A stretch of DNA of 63,801 nucleotides, the filler included, from Choristocarpus tenellus KU-1152 (Eukaryota; Protista; Phaeophyceae): NCBI GenBank assembly GCA_964200185.2. It is 15 parts of 15 records of this genome, joined end to end, with 100 filler letters (N's around TTAATTAATTAA, not from the genome) between each part and the next. Parts side by side here need not be neighbours in the genome. Positions count along the whole stretch, not along the records: positions 23,647 to 30,940 come from CAXNAD020006385.1; positions 31,041 to 33,744 come from CAXNAD020025475.1; positions 33,845 to 38,084 come from CAXNAD020015531.1; 12 more parts are not named here. One strand, given 5' to 3'. Below the pieces are notes generated by a model. That model saw only the letters and a program-made list of their open reading frames with translations. It did no database searches and was not told the origin of the DNA. Shown here piece after piece: positions 23,720-38,184 of the stretch (within the stretch, counting starts at the first letter, position 1; each line of letters opens with the position of its first letter). The translations under genes and the position numbers were made by a program.

Positions 23720-24588
23720 TTGACGTACCTATATAAGGTGCTCTGGGGCATATTTCCTTGAACAAAATACCAAACAAACTCAATCTATTACCAACGGGGT
23801 TTATCTATTTTTTTTCATGAAGGGGATATGAACATTGAGCTCAAGTGTATGTCAGGAAGAGATTATACATATATTATTTTTTGTCGTCAACAAATTGTTC
23901 CTGAAAAGGGATATATGTATATACCCCGAAGTATTAGGGAAGACCTGTTTTGTGCTTTCCTTGGTTCAGGCAGGTTCAAGTACTGTGTTTTTTTCCCATT
24001 TTTTCAAGTACAAGAAAAGTAGTAGAAATAGTAACAGAGTGTTCTTATCTCTGAACACATTTACGTGGCAGTAGTAGCTGCACAGAAAAAAAAGATCAAA
24101 CTTGATCAGGCGATTTTGGCATATTTCTTATCTTCCTCCAACTGTTATAGCTATGCCAAGAGCAAGGAGTAGCAACGTGGTAACTGTCCCCATAAGACGA
24201 TCCTATTCCTTGATTATTAATCTTCATAGCAGCAATATACTCCAGGCAGTCGTGTATCTTGGAGTGTCATATTGAAATGAGACCTACTCAGGAAAGAGCA
24301 ACAGTCTAAAGGAATTTCGTCAACAAAGAGTCGATTTTGGCTTGCATGCCACCATGACCCTAAATATTGAACCCTCACACTATGCCACATTAGGATACAT
24401 GTCCTCTGTAACCTCCTCTATCCTCTACTCTTGATATCCCCCCATGTACGCTTAGAGTGGACAAGACAAGAGGGAGAGCTCATAAACATAAAATATAATA
24501 TCTATATCCATTTGTTCTGTGGGTTGCACAATGGATGGTTGGTTACCTCTGAGTCATACCGTGTTTTGACGGAAAAATGAGGTGTAAG

Positions 24589-24864
24589 GACCCTAATATA
24601 TTAGATGTATATGTGTGTAGGTCATGTTGTCCATTCGGGGCTTGATAGGGTGTTGTACAGATACCCCAGTTTGATACTTGTTTTGCTGGTGATTTTCCTT
24701 CAAATTTGGTTCAGACAGGGGGATGGAAAAGAAAGGTGCGTTGAGCTGAAGAAAATTGTCCCTATATCTGACATGTTCACTTAGATAACATGAAAATTAA
24801 ATTACTACATGGTCGCACAGACCCCAAAAGGACCCCACACCTCCCCTCTAGGATACTATAGGTC
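24589..24864 (+). mobile_element. MITE family C copy
   Basis: Ends GACCCTAATATATTAGA...TCTAGGATACTATAGGTC; homologous to 29898-30165 (reverse). Confidence 0.7.
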
Positions 24865-25927
24865 AAACGGTGAGGGGAGTAGGAACAGCAACCACATCTT
24901 AATATTAGCAGTGTGATATTTTGGGTGCAGTATCAAGGTTTTTCCCCCTTCTGCAACACTCTCACAGTCCTTGGATCATGGCTCTGCAGTATACTCAAGG
25001 GTTGCACACATCATTTCGAAACTCCTCATCTCAGGGCCGAGGACCAATCAGCACCTAGACTGAATGAGAAATGATTGTTTTTTATTATTGCTCCAAACAC
25101 TACTACCGCTACTACTACTAATATCACTACTATTATTGACTTTAGTAGGCACCACCATGACTATTTTAGTATATTTAAGGGTGAATACAATCAGGGTGTG
25201 AGGTCGGATGTTTCTCTACAGCACTCTGTGGAATTTATTTCAATATGAGCCGCACCAACATTAAGGGACTAGAGAAGTCATAAAAGATGTAACCTCAACA
25301 CAGACGAAATTTTCCGTGGTGTCGATTTTCCTTGCAACCCTAAAACTAGCGATCTCTGAAGCTTCACATCCGTTTGCAGTTAGGCTAGGTAGGGCTAGGG
25401 TTCAGTTTCTGGTTAGTGTTCCTGAGCTGGAGAGAGTCAAAGTACCCTCAAGAGGGGGGAAGGTCCAGCCTATGAAAATCATCAAGGTTGTTTGAACTAG
25501 TGATATTTTGTCTGTACAAGCTGGCCCGACCATAAAACCCACAAGAATGCCTTTTCTTACTTGAGATTATTCAAGAAATATTTGGGTGCTCCCAGTGTGC
25601 AGGGGATTGAATTGTGCCCAAAAATCTCAAGTGAATTCAATCAATCACTGGCTCTGGCAGCAATTAGTATGATTATTATCAGCTCACATACCAAGTATGG
25701 GTCCAAGTTTCTGATCTGCAACTTGTGCAGTATACGCACTGCCCCTTCCAGGGGGGGCAAACATTATTTGATCATTTCCACTTGTTATTATTCACATCTG
25801 TTCCCCAACTGTGACTCACTTTGACCTGAAGGATGAGACCTTTTGATATTTGTATAGGCAAGAAAAGTGAGTCCAACAGAAAATATATTGAACTGGACCC
25901 ATTTTTCTAGTCTCATGTGTGTGCGCG

Positions 25928-25972
<45 letters not shown>

Positions 25973-26546
25973 TTGGTTTGCCATGTTCTTTTTTTTGTTA
26001 AAAACGAATCTACAATAGGAATGGGAGTGAGATGATGGATATCGATTTACTTGGAAGAAACATTCCGACATAAGCTAAGAGTAGATCACATCAACTCCAA
26101 TAATAGCAATGGTAAAATGGTTTCCAAAGAGTGCCAACTTCTTATTCCCTTCACACTAACAAGCATCAAACTGTTCCCAAGAGAATTTGTAGAAATTCGA
26201 AAAGATAATGATACTCAATTGCAACCTTTGGCTACTTGGCCAGACCAGCTTGAAGAGGTTACCTCTTGCCCAAGCATGAACACCGCAAAATGAAAAAATA
26301 TGTTTCATGAGATCACATTTCAACCTCCCTGTTGACTGTACTGGTCATGTTCCATTGTGCAGAGGCCTACAACGGATAGGCATTAGTGTGAATCCCATTT
26401 GCACACCTAACAACCTTTCTGATACCTATGCGTGGAAGATATTTGCTTGATCAAAAGATTGTATATGGGATCAAAAGGTTCAAGCGTATAGCTTGAACAC
26501 AACAGTGCCTTGCGCCTTGCCCTGTCTCACTATGAGGTGTATTCAC

Positions 26547-29500
26547 CTTCCGTGTGGCCATATCTCCAATGAAGTCCCCAACACCCCCCATATCTGCCAG
26601 CTGGATGTGACCATCCATCCCCAGCATGATGTTCCTCGGTTTAAGATCCCTGCATGTTTAATAATAGCATCGGGTTTAGTCCTTACCTAAGAATCTTGAT
26701 GTGGTCACACTGATGCATTTTGGGAAGCAGCTATAGGGGTGAATTTGGTCTGAGGAAACCCTGTGCAAAAAGAAACCATTAAAAAAAGAAGAGACTTTGA
26801 AGGTACGGGCTCTGGGCTCTTGCATTGCTGACCAATGTTGGGTGTCTGACCACCTTTGTAACTTTTGAAAATGTATGTCTTGCATATTGTGGGCCCCATT
26901 GGCAAGAAAAAGAACCAATTTCCATTAATAATTTTGGCGAAGAATTCAGCTAGAGCACTTTTTCGGGATAATATACAGTAGTTGAATATCACTATTGTTC
27001 TTGAAATGAAACACAAATATCCTATACACACTTAACCCTCCCCAAAACAATTCAGCCCCAGTTCGAGTGGCTCCTGGTCTCCATTTGGGCGCCTAAGTCC
27101 ACAATGATGACAAAAGCCCATGGTAAAAGAGTCCTTATCCATTGTTCTCTCTGCTCCACATTCCCATTCCATTGTTCACTATACTGCGAACAAAAAAAAA
27201 CGTTCTAAACAATAACCTACTCATTGCCAAACCATATAAACCCCTTGACAAGGAATGTGATCTTGCAATCATAAACATCACTCCACCTGTACATGAGCCC
27301 CATGTCATGCAAGTGCACCAGCGCCAAAACAATCTCAGCAACGTAAAACCTGACTCTTGCCTCATCCAACCTATTGTTTGGGGAGAAGTCGATAGCATCC
27401 TGTGCCACCAGTGGAGAAGTTACAAAAGGGATACATATGTAAGGCTATAATGGCACGAATTGAAAAACCCAACACTAAGGCTTACTTCAACTTGATGCCT
27501 TTGTTCGTTTCAGTATCCATATTGTCCGTTTTGGTTCACAATCATTGGCTCAAAGTATCTGGGAGGGGGTGGCGGCTGTCCATTTGGGGTCAATTTTTTC
27601 ATGTCGCGATTTTTGNNNNNNNNNNCCCCCCCTCCCAGATACTTTGGGTCATTCTTAAGTGTGTACTTGTATGTGCTATCTGTGAGTGTCTTCATTTCTG
27701 TCTTGACTGCCTTGTAGAGCATGCTATTGCATAGGATGAGCTGATACTTTGAGCTTGATCAAATTGCCTTGTTAAAGGGGGGTGGACAGGCCAATTATAT
27801 ATTGCCGTGAATTGAATGACCCCATATGGGAAAAATATTGTTGTGCTCTGCCGTTTGTGTGTGTGTATGTGTGCTACTTGCTGCATCATAGAAAAAAAGC
27901 TGTACTTTGATGCTAATGGGAAAAGAATAATCGTGTGGTGGTTACGAAAACCCAAAGAATTAAACAACCTAATCCTAGATGCATGTTGCTCAATACATTC
28001 TAATAGACTGTTAGAGTAATGTACCATTGATTTTCGAGATGTAGTGGTCCCTTCACTCCCAAGAAGTCCATACGCTTACCCTTTCCATCAGTAGGAAAAA
28101 AGGTTAGAGTTTTGGGGGAAATTAGGATCATGTGAGGATGGAATCAACCCCTCCATCAGCAGTACCCTGAATGCAACAGATGCTCCTCTCAATATTCCAG
28201 CCTAACTTTGCCACTAGCTGGTACTACCTACCTACAGTACAAGCTAGTTATATCTATGGGTGGAGTTAGACAGCCCATTACTTGCACGTTCAAGCATGAA
28301 TATCCTTCCTACTCTAGATCATCTCCAATCTTATCAGAAGAAGAAAAATACTGACCTAGCTCTATCAGTGGCTTGGGTGTGCCCTTCTTATAGAAATGTA
28401 ATTCCCCTGTGGTAATACTATATTTGTTGAAGAGTGATCTATTGTTGTACAGTAGGTAGACCATATACTGCAGTGTCATTAAATGCGTTTATCTATTTGG
28501 ACAATAAAAATTATGTCGCAATGTGTCAACTTTATGCCAGGTTCTTGAATGTGTTTATGAGAGATTGTGCCCTAAGCAAGGAATACAGTAAGGGAAAAGT
28601 TTAGATTAATGCCAAAGTATAGCACAAGTCGCCAGTACTAGGCATGAGGCCTGACTAATCCATTCACCTGCAAGTTCCCTGAGGAAACTAGGTTGAGCAC
28701 TATAATGGCATGCTCGCTTGTTTGGAAGGCGTAGTCCATACGTAATATGAATGGGTGTTGGCAAGACTGGAAAACCACCTGCACACCGTATCAGCATGCA
28801 ATGCATTTGTAGGTTAAACACTGGCACGAACAATGACACCATTTTCTTGCAAGATGGTAGCAAAAGTGACATGTTGACCTTCCGACTCTTATAAACATTC
28901 ATCAGATAGGAATGTATTTTAGAAAACAGAGTTAGGCTTTATCTAGTATCATCAGTCAAATTATTGCGGTGGTACCTGATGCACACTTGCCATCAAGTAG
29001 AGGTCAAGTGTCCAATGCAATCAGACAAACAGAATAGAGATATTCACCTATCTTTCCATACAGTCGATATCATGATAATTTGGTTAGTTGTGCACGAAAA
29101 ACCCTTCCCACGCCTTCTCTCCCCACACTGACCTTTTCATTGTCCAGCTTAGAGAGGTCGGAAGCAAAGCTTCGTATCAAAGCTTTCTTTAGCTGGATTT
29201 TCATGGCATAGTGTTTTCCCGTCGACTTCTTCTTCACATGAATCTATAGAGGAGCAAAGGACCTATGAGTGAGAGGTTATGTTGGCTTAGCATGACACAT
29301 GTAAGGCAAGACTTGTTTTAGATGATGTAGGTATCATTCACAGTTCGATGTTCAAGGTCTCCACAAAAGATGGTAACATCTACTAGATGCATGAAGTTTG
29401 AGTTTTGAGGAAGATTGTTACATCCGGTTGAACAGGTACCAAGCTGAATTTGGTGTGACTATACTTAAGCTGAGTAATGAGTCAAGAGTTAGGGTTAGCA

Positions 29501-30734
29501 TGTGATTGACACCAAACAATATTACAGTAAGCGAGCAGGTACTATGATAGTGAGGCTATCTCTTAGGGTAGGGTGCCGTAATATTTCCAACAGGAGTAGC
29601 AATATTGCAAAGGATGTAAAACCAAATGATTCCTTACATTACAGGTCTTAAGTGTATCCGAATCATAGAACGCTAACATCAATGCTTTCACACAAGGGCT
29701 TTGCACAATTGTTGTATGTGTCTTGTTTGGTAGTAGTTAGCTTGGAATTTATTCGTATCCATCAAATCCACCTGGTCCAGAACTACGTTCATAATAATCT
29801 TTGCATACATAACCACACCAAAGGGGGAGACCAAAGGGTGAGACCAAAGGCAAGAACTGCAAGCCTTTGCCTCACCCCTTCAATTAATCAAATTTCTGGC
29901 CCTTAGTATTGTAGAGGATGTGCAGGTGTCCATTTGGGGCCTGTGTGACCATGTAGTAATATTAATGTCGTATGAGTGAGCGTATCAGACGTAAAGGCAA
30001 TTTCCTTCATCTTTGTGCACCTTCCTTTTCAACCCACGTACCTGAACCAAATCTGAGGGAGAATCACCCGCACAATGGACATCAAACTAGGATGTACATC
30101 ACCCTATCTAGACCTGAATGGACAAACCGCGCAAAATCAACCCCCCCTCTCACATACTATGGGCCTTTTCTCTGTTTCAAAGGAAGTAGGTGTGATCCAG
30201 GTGCAGGAGGGTCACTGTGACAGTTCACTAAGGTATCAACATTTGAAGGACTCTAGGTCGCCCCAACCTGACATGGGAATCAGTTCCTACAGACAATGAT
30301 AATACCAAATTTGACTTGAGTGGAACTCTGGAAAACTGGAAGGACTGTATAACATCTCAACAATTTGGGTGAACTCCTTGGGAGCCTGTAACATGTGTGC
30401 GTGAATGGTATGGACTCCTCCCCTTATTGCACAGTCTTTCACTCCATGCTTGGCTCTTGCACAGAGTACAAATTCCTGATTAGTTCCATTAGTTCCTGAA
30501 CTCATTTTTGCCAATATATTGCTGAAAGAACTGCTCACCACCCTGCCGAAGGCACCCTCGCCAAGCTTCTCCATGTAGTAGAAGTCATCGACATCAATCC
30601 GGTTGAACAGTTCTGCCTCCTGTGCAATGTACTTCTCATATCTTGGGAAATTGGGGTTTAGAAGGATCAAATGAGCTTCAGTAGCAAATAAAGCTATAGC
30701 ATTAGCCAAAAAAATTAGCTCTCCTACTGATGTA
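26547..30734 (-). CDS. GRK-like (AGC group) Ser/Thr protein kinase, partial; exons 30734-30539, 29243-29133, 28778-28668, 27399-27287, 26649-26547
   Basis: All GT-AG with consistent phases: LGEGAFGRV / IHVKKKSTGKHYAMK / HPFILRMDYAFQT / FYVAEIVLALVHLHDMGLMYR / DLKPRNIMLGMDGHIQLADMG; non-DFG triplet as in GRKs (DLG). Confidence 0.9.
27547..27650 (+). mobile_element. MITE family B copy (with 10-N gap) in kinase intron, TSD ATT
   Basis: ATT|GGCTCAAAGTATCTGGG...CCCAGATACTTTGGGTC|ATT. Confidence 0.88.
29898..30165 (-). mobile_element. MITE family C copy in kinase intron
   Basis: TIR GGCCCTTAGTATTGTAGAGG...CCTCTCACATACTATGGGCC; flanks TCT/TTT; subterminal GTCCATTTGGGG. Confidence 0.8.
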
Positions 30735-30872
30735 CTGGTGGGAGGTGAATATCAAGTGAATTAGTGCACTGAGACGGGGGGTACAGTGCCATTCTGTAGG
30801 GGAGATGAGGGAATTAAATAGTTGTGTCACATCTCATGCCTGTGACGCAAGAAGCATCATACACTAAAAAGA

Positions 30873-30940
30873 GACCCAAAGTATCTGGGAGGGGGGGAGG
30901 GTCTACACCAGGGTGTCCATTTGGACCAAAATCAGGAAAA
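30873..30940 (-). mobile_element. MITE family B, truncated at contig end
   Basis: GACCCAAAGTATCTGGGAGGGGGGAGGGTCTACACCAGGGTGTCCATTTGG. Confidence 0.85.
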
Positions 30941-32704
30941 NNNNNNNNNNNNNNNNNNNNNNNNNNNNNNNNNNNNNNNNNNNNTTAATTAATTAANNNN
31001 NNNNNNNNNNNNNNNNNNNNNNNNNNNNNNNNNNNNNNNNCCCCCCCTGCATCCCCTAGGCAGCCTGCTGGGAGAAAAAAATCTGCAAAGTTTTGGGGTA
31101 TGAGGTTTTTTTCACTTGAAATTACTGTTTGGGAACCCTGATGTGATGACCTTGCTCACCATCACGTGTGGTACATGTGAAATCCCCACAGGAAATCATT
31201 ACATTTTCTTTATTATTATTATTATCATTGTCAATGTCAATTCAATATCTGTATTTTACGTATGTAATGCTTGTGAAATACCACCGCCTGTTCTGGTGAC
31301 AAAACTCTCCAGATCGTAAAATCATTCGAAGGCATTTCACTCTCATGAAGCGCAGTCCCACTTATCACTTGGTTTAGAGTCCCCCTCCCTCCTGCACCCT
31401 CGCACCCTCCACTCCCCACCCCCTAACCCCCTATTACCATAAAGCCTTCCAGGTCCCTGAAAAGGTACATTTATTTAGCTCTACAGTCTCAGTTTCCAAA
31501 GCCCCCTGATCTGTACACAGATTCTCTGACCCTGCACATGAGCTCTAAGGCACACAAGCATCATAAACAAACACGATACATGTGCTTAGTAAGTACTCTA
31601 CCTGGTATGTATTCCCTAACCTTGAGCATTCAAGCACGGCAAGCTTTCTTGAGTCATAACTTGCAAAGTGCGGAAGGGTAGAGGTTGTAATCATTAGTGG
31701 GTTTCCCCATATATGCAAAGGCGTTGCTTGCAGGTGTGGGCTCTAGGTGTACCCTTCTGGCATGCCATGGACTTGATATGTTTACTCCCCATACAGATGC
31801 AGTAGAAAAGATTTGTCATACCTACCACACACACACACACACACACACACAAATCGCCACCCCTTTAGCTTTTAAATGGAAAAGGACGCCTGGCCTGCAA
31901 ATCGTTCACATGTGGTTGATAACGCGCCCCACATGGAACCGGGCATGTCATCTCGAAATGGACCATAGATTCTGACAAATTGACATGCTGAGGAGGCACA
32001 AGACCACTCGAGAGAGTAGGGCGGAGGGGGCTGAAGTTGAAGTTGAGCTGAAGGTTGAAGTTGAGACATCAACATGTTGGCTTTGAATCACAAAAGGACG
32101 GAATATTCTGCATATATATATATACATATGTGTATATATGTGCATATATGTGTGTGTATATATATATATATATATATAGACCAAGGAACGTAACCTGTGA
32201 AGCATTCAGTAGGGCTTAAATGCGGGTGCATGTTTTGGGACATCGGGTTGAAGCTGTGGATAGGCGAAGTGTGATTGGGTGAGAGGTGTATCATATCTGC
32301 AATGGTTGTTGCTACTTAGTTGGTAATCTGGTAACGAGCACCAGCTTTATGCGTAATATCTGTTTCGCCGTTGGATCGATTACGAGTTGAATGCCTTCGA
32401 GGTAGATACTGATACTGATACTGATACTGTGCCTTGGATCAGAACACGACCATAACTGTGTTTTGTAAGGGGTGAACAAGAGGTGTAGTGCAATCAATGC
32501 AGCCGTGCACGAAGTGACTTCATTCGAGGGAGTCACTAGCAAAGTCACTAGCAAAGTCACTAGCAAAGAAGAGTTCTTGCCGCTTTGGTGGACTAGCATC
32601 ATAGGCGTGGGCGGGAAACGGGCGAGCATTGAAAAAATAATACCAGCTGCCTGGACTGTTTTTTTTTCTGCAACATCAAGACCAGAGTTGGTGTGTGTGT
32701 TTGT

Positions 32705-32748
<44 letters not shown>

Positions 32749-32824
32749 ACAAGTGTGGCTTGACTGTAGGTTTCAAAGAGTTGCGATTTTCCACCTGCCG
32801 GAAGTGTAGTTGGTTAAAAAAACA

Positions 32825-33080
32825 AAAAAATGGAGTGTTGTGTGTATAAAAAACAATAACATCATGGAGTGTATGTATGTGTATGAGACAATAACATGGA
32901 GTGTATGTACATAAGAGAGTAATATGGACTGTATGTACATAAAAAAAACAAAAAAAATGGAGTGCATGTATGTAAAGCAGAGATGTGAAGTATACGTCTG
33001 AAAAACAAAAAAATCGGAACGTATACAAAAGAATAAAATGGAGTGTATGTCTCCAAAACGAGACAGAATGTAGTATGTGT
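32825..33080 (+). repeat. Degenerate ~30-bp minisatellite (ATGGAGTGTATGTA core) in a microsatellite-rich contig
   Basis: Core recurs about 7 times; nearby (TA)n, (GT)n, (GTCACTAGCAAA)x3 and (GGT)n. Confidence 0.7.
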
Positions 33081-33949
33081 ACTACTACCCTGTTTGCAAA
33101 AAAAAAAGGTGCTTTGAATAGTGAAGTGAAACACCTGGCGATCCCATGTTGTGACAGGAGGGAGTTAGCTATACATGTGTATTCAAAATATAAATACTAC
33201 CAGTATGCATTACTAGTAGCAGCTCCCCCTCCTCCCCCCCAAAAAAAGAAAAAAAAGAAGAAAATATAATAAATATTTCTATAATTTCTCATGCCCTGTG
33301 CTTTGTCTTTTTTTCCCCTTGAGAACTCAAAAGAGAATATATATATATACATACGCATATATACACATATGCATTTTTTTTTTGTGAACTGTTTTTAAAA
33401 CAAAAAAACAAAAAAAATATTTTCCGTTCATACTGCAAACGACGACCGTGTTCACAAGCACTGTTTCTGCACAACCAAGCACGCCACATATCATACCTCC
33501 CTCTGTAGGTCAGTAATACCACCGCCTACTTACTATCTGACGATATTAGGGTACCTTTTTTTGTCTTGTCTTTTTTTTTTCTGGACAAGACAAAATGCCA
33601 TGCGGGCTGTTTCATTGTTGCTGGTGGTGGTGGTGGTGGTGGTGGTGGTGGTGATGGTGATGGTGGTGGCGTTACTGAAGTGAACTGCCAATGGAGGAGC
33701 TATTGGCACCGGGGGAGGGGGGCAGATGGGGGCTGTACCCAAGGNNNNNNNNNNNNNNNNNNNNNNNNNNNNNNNNNNNNNNNNNNNNTTAATTAATTAA
33801 NNNNNNNNNNNNNNNNNNNNNNNNNNNNNNNNNNNNNNNNNNNNTTATGAAAGTGGTGGGGGACTTCCCACTGCACCACAAGTATTTAGAAACAAGTCAA
33901 ATATTCCCCACCCTATGTTCCATTCTTTTGGGACTCATTTCAGAACGGA

Positions 33950-35950
33950 ATTCTTCACAGAAGATTTGATTGCTCTTGTGTTGATGTAGAATATTCCGAC
34001 GAATCCAATGCAAAAATCCGTTTTGAATCAGAGGTAATCTCAAAGCTAAGACTTCACGGCACAGACTTAGGGGGCAGAGGGAGTAAGTATATTGTTGCCA
34101 CAGCTCCTTTTTCAATGGACTATATCTAGCTCTCATAACAGATGACTGATAATGCAGTCCACCTACTCGATACCCTCAACACCTTGTTTAGCATGTACTT
34201 ACCGTACAAGATCTTTCTCTACCAAAACCATACCATCACAAATCGTGTACCTCAAGGTCTTCAATACCTTCCCCTCTCTTTGTTTTAGTCCAACACTTAC
34301 GGATTTGAGTGACTGCTTGAGAAATCATCGTGTCATACAAGAAATAGCACCCTCCTGACTGACTTGTCAAGTACAAGAAGGGGGGTTGTCGTCTGTCCCG
34401 CCATCTTTGAAGGGGCATCCTCCTCACCACTTAACGCAATGTTTTGTCCTTCGTAAGGAGGATCTCCTCGGCCTTGATGGATACGTTCTTGGACTATCCC
34501 CCCCCCCTCCTCCTATGCTTCCACCTATCCCTTTTCCCTTTTTTGAGGTTGCCACTACCCCCTGCACATCGTCTCAAACATGCTACTCCACAGGTACCAG
34601 TAGATACAGGACACGGACTTCTTCCAACTCCCTGCCTATTCACCTCAATAATGACAATAGTGGACAACAACAGTCCTGTCACCACCGCCTCAATCCTCCC
34701 CGATAGCATAGAGTGTATTCCGCAGGATTCAACCCACAATCTGCCACAGTCCTGATACGATAGGCTGGGACATGTGTTTGCATGCTTCTGAGGCTCATAC
34801 ACCACCAGTGGGATGGAGAATCCACTACCAAAGTAAGGTATTCTGTCAGAATTTCCAGAACAAGCAAATCATCCACAATCTCCCCTTTACCTGATTCCCC
34901 TGTACTTGATTCGTCTTTGTATATACCACTCTTGTAAGCAACATACCCAACATATCCTGGCTCATCACCAATCCCTCAAATTGAATATTTTCCCGTTCTG
35001 CTGGCTCCCTGTGTCCTGCTAGTTCACCTCCCTGACTCCCTCCAACAATGAAATACCACAGCAAAAGTCTCCTCGAGTCAAAACAATAGCACTATAGTAC
35101 ACCTCGTGCACTAATCCACTCTTATATCATAACCTCACGCCATTGATTGCACTCCATTCACTCTGCACACTAGCAAGTGAGGCAGGAAAATCCAAATGCA
35201 TCCATAGCACCCATCTTATCGGAGACACCTTGACCAAGCAACAATCAAATTCAATCCCCCTCGTGCATGTGTAACCATGAAGGCTACCACGACATCCTTG
35301 ATGCTATTGGAGTCTTCTGATTATGTGCATGGTCCATTTCTTGCCCTTCTGACTTCACCAACAAAAGACACTTGGCAAATACCTATCTCCAAAAACCTCG
35401 ATGAGGATACTGCCACATTGGTGACAGTTTGTCCTACCAAACATTGCTAATTTTTTTCCCACTCACAACATTACACTGATCCTCACACTTCGAAGTATTA
35501 CACAATCTAAGATGGATCTCGATATAGTTGCACTAACCTCTCCCTCTGATCAGTGCAACCACCTTCCTTCATCCAAGAAACGTAAACCAGGTATTCATTC
35601 TCTCCACTAGCTGGTCCTCACAATTTATCAAACAACTTGGTTCCAATGGACCTTCAGAAGCTGCAATGTATTGTAACATAATAGAGAAGGGCTCCATCTC
35701 CTTCTCAGCCTCTCTTCATGCCCCAAGTACATATTCAGGCCACTCAGAAGCAACATCTGCCAACTAACTCATTTGTCTTCAAACTGGGACATGTTTTGCA
35801 ATTTTATGGAGATTATAACAAGAGATTTTACTGAGCCATCGGCTTGCCCTGCATTAATACACGGTGGGGACAAAACATGACATCATGCGTCTGGTACTTG
35901 AGCACATGGGCCCTTGCACCATTACTCCCTGGAATGAACAAGATCTAGGA
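33950..35950 (+). pseudogene. Decayed LINE (RTE-like) reverse-transcriptase remnant
   Basis: *RGILLTT*RNVLSFVRRIS at ~34408 (cf. WRGIxLL..K), TISPLP at ~34875 (cf. LSPLL), LGHVL at ~35783; boundaries approximate. Confidence 0.45.
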
Positions 35951-37725
35951 ACTTCATGTTATTCATGCCTGGAGCTAATGTGCCAAACCCCAAGCACGAC
36001 ACTCTTTAAGAATTAACGATTCCCAACCCTTCAAAAAAAACAACAAGGAAGCAAGCCCTGACTCGTCAACACAACAAAAATTGAAACGCCGATGAAAACC
36101 GGGTATCAAGAAAACAAGCTGCATCGTCTCCACCCATAACACAATACCAATATAAATATATATTATGCAAGCCATGCAACCTCTAACCTAACAAAGCTGT
36201 TGGGTGCTCCAGAAACAAAAAACGGCAACACAGAAGGGAAAAGTGAAGTATAAAGGTAGCATTCACACAGAGCATGTATGACTGTAGTAAAGACAACCCA
36301 CTCCAGACACACAAGACACAAACGCATATACACATGCATCATCCAAGTCCTTTTTGAGCCCTCTCTATACCACAAACATACAGAGGAACAAATGACCAAC
36401 GTGCAGCCACCTACACACACGAATAGAGCATATATATGTTAGTATTATAATTTTAACAAGTATAAAAACATAATACACCAGGACGGGCACAAAATTTGCA
36501 GGTGCGAAAAAAAAGCTTCATCGCAAAAAAAGAAATGCAGGAGAGAGAGTCAAGGAAAACACCCCTAACACTCCAATATTCGTAAAGAGTCAAAACTATC
36601 TTTAGAGGTGGGGGGGGGGGGGGGGGCGTCAATTTTGTTCCTTTTTGAGATTCAAGGCCTTTTATACCAACCACCTCATGCAATAGATGCCATGGGCACA
36701 CCTCAAGTTAGATTACCCCCATTTGAGGGACAGAAAGGTAGATAGCTATCGACACCTTGTTGACCAAAATGTTCCTTCACAGTGCTCAACCACAAGATAA
36801 CACAGGGTTCCTCTTTATCTCAGTGGCACCATCCACTTAGATAGATCACTCCAATTCCAAGGTGAATACAAACCATACAGATTCCCTCTCACTTTTCAAG
36901 GTGTACAAGTATACATGGTATGGTTCTGTCCTCAGGATATCATAAACCTCAACATCTCTAGTTGTGCTCTCTCTCTTTCCAGCATCATCAGCCTGAGACC
37001 AAAGCACTGGACTTTGGCTTAGGTACATCCCTGGCAAGTGCAGGCAGACACAATGAAGATACACAAAAAACAAATTCAAAATTGAAAATCAGGGTTAGTG
37101 GGGCTGTGAGTGCCAACAAAAGCGCACAAGAAAAGCAGAACTGCGTGTTCTACTTCTCAAGTCTAGTCTAGTCAACAATTGTTTCAACCGCAAGTGGATT
37201 ATCAAGTCTAAATGCTTGGAAAAATCAAGAGCAGACGAACTCCTAGGCTCTACAGTTGTGGTGCGCTGATGATCTTGCAACCAACCTGAATAGAGGAACC
37301 TTGTCACAGGTAGAAAAAAGGTTGGCTCATCTGAGCCCAACAATTAAATGATCTTATAATGGAGAAGTACACCATTATACACAGGTGTTACACTATTATT
37401 GGTGTGGTGTCAGGGGAGGTCTTACCCATAGGGGATGGTAGGAGAATTGTTTCTACTGTTTGTGCACACTCATAAACAACACACGATTAGACAGTCCTCC
37501 CCCAAAAAGTCACTTTCCCTCACCGACTATTACCTCCTGCTATAGCGGCGGCATTTGTAACCCTAACCCCAACTAACCCAAAAAGAGATCCCTGCCATCT
37601 CCACAAACATGTCACAGAGAAGTACACCTCTAAAATTTCTTAAGTCACATAGCACAGTTAGAGGACAGCAGCACAGCTAGAATGATACTCTCAGTATACA
37701 CAAACACAAAACCTTACATACTCAC

Positions 37726-37826
37726 CCCTGAGAGGATGGCCCAATCAAGCTCAGCACAACAGGTAGGAAGATGAGACCATGACCCAGACCCAGCACCACT
37801 GTGGCAAAGAACTGTTTGAACATCAC
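37726..37826 (-). CDS. Exon encoding the last TM helix of an NPC1/Patched-family (RND) protein
   Basis: ATAG|VMFKQFFATVVLGLGHGLIFLPVVLSLIGPSSQG|GTGAGT; HGLIFLPVxLSxxGP is the family C-terminal signature. Confidence 0.85.
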
Positions 37827-38184
37827 CTATTAATGGACACATTCATTGGTTAGGAGAGGGAGCAGTTGAGGTGCCACTGCAGTACCTTCCATGTGCATAC
37901 AGCACCAATATATTGACAACTTCTCCATAGATGCTAGAATAACCAACTATATTCACCCAAAAACAACCAACCGATGCATCTATCACCAACTACACTCATT
38001 ATCCTTCCTGGTAGTAAGAGCACCTTTTGAGGGGGGGGGGGAGGTAGTCAGGAATGGGGAAATCAATGAACACAAACTCATAAGNNNNNNNNNNNNNNNN
38101 NNNNNNNNNNNNNNNNNNNNNNNNNNNNTTAATTAATTAANNNNNNNNNNNNNNNNNNNNNNNNNNNNNNNNNNNNNNNNNNNN

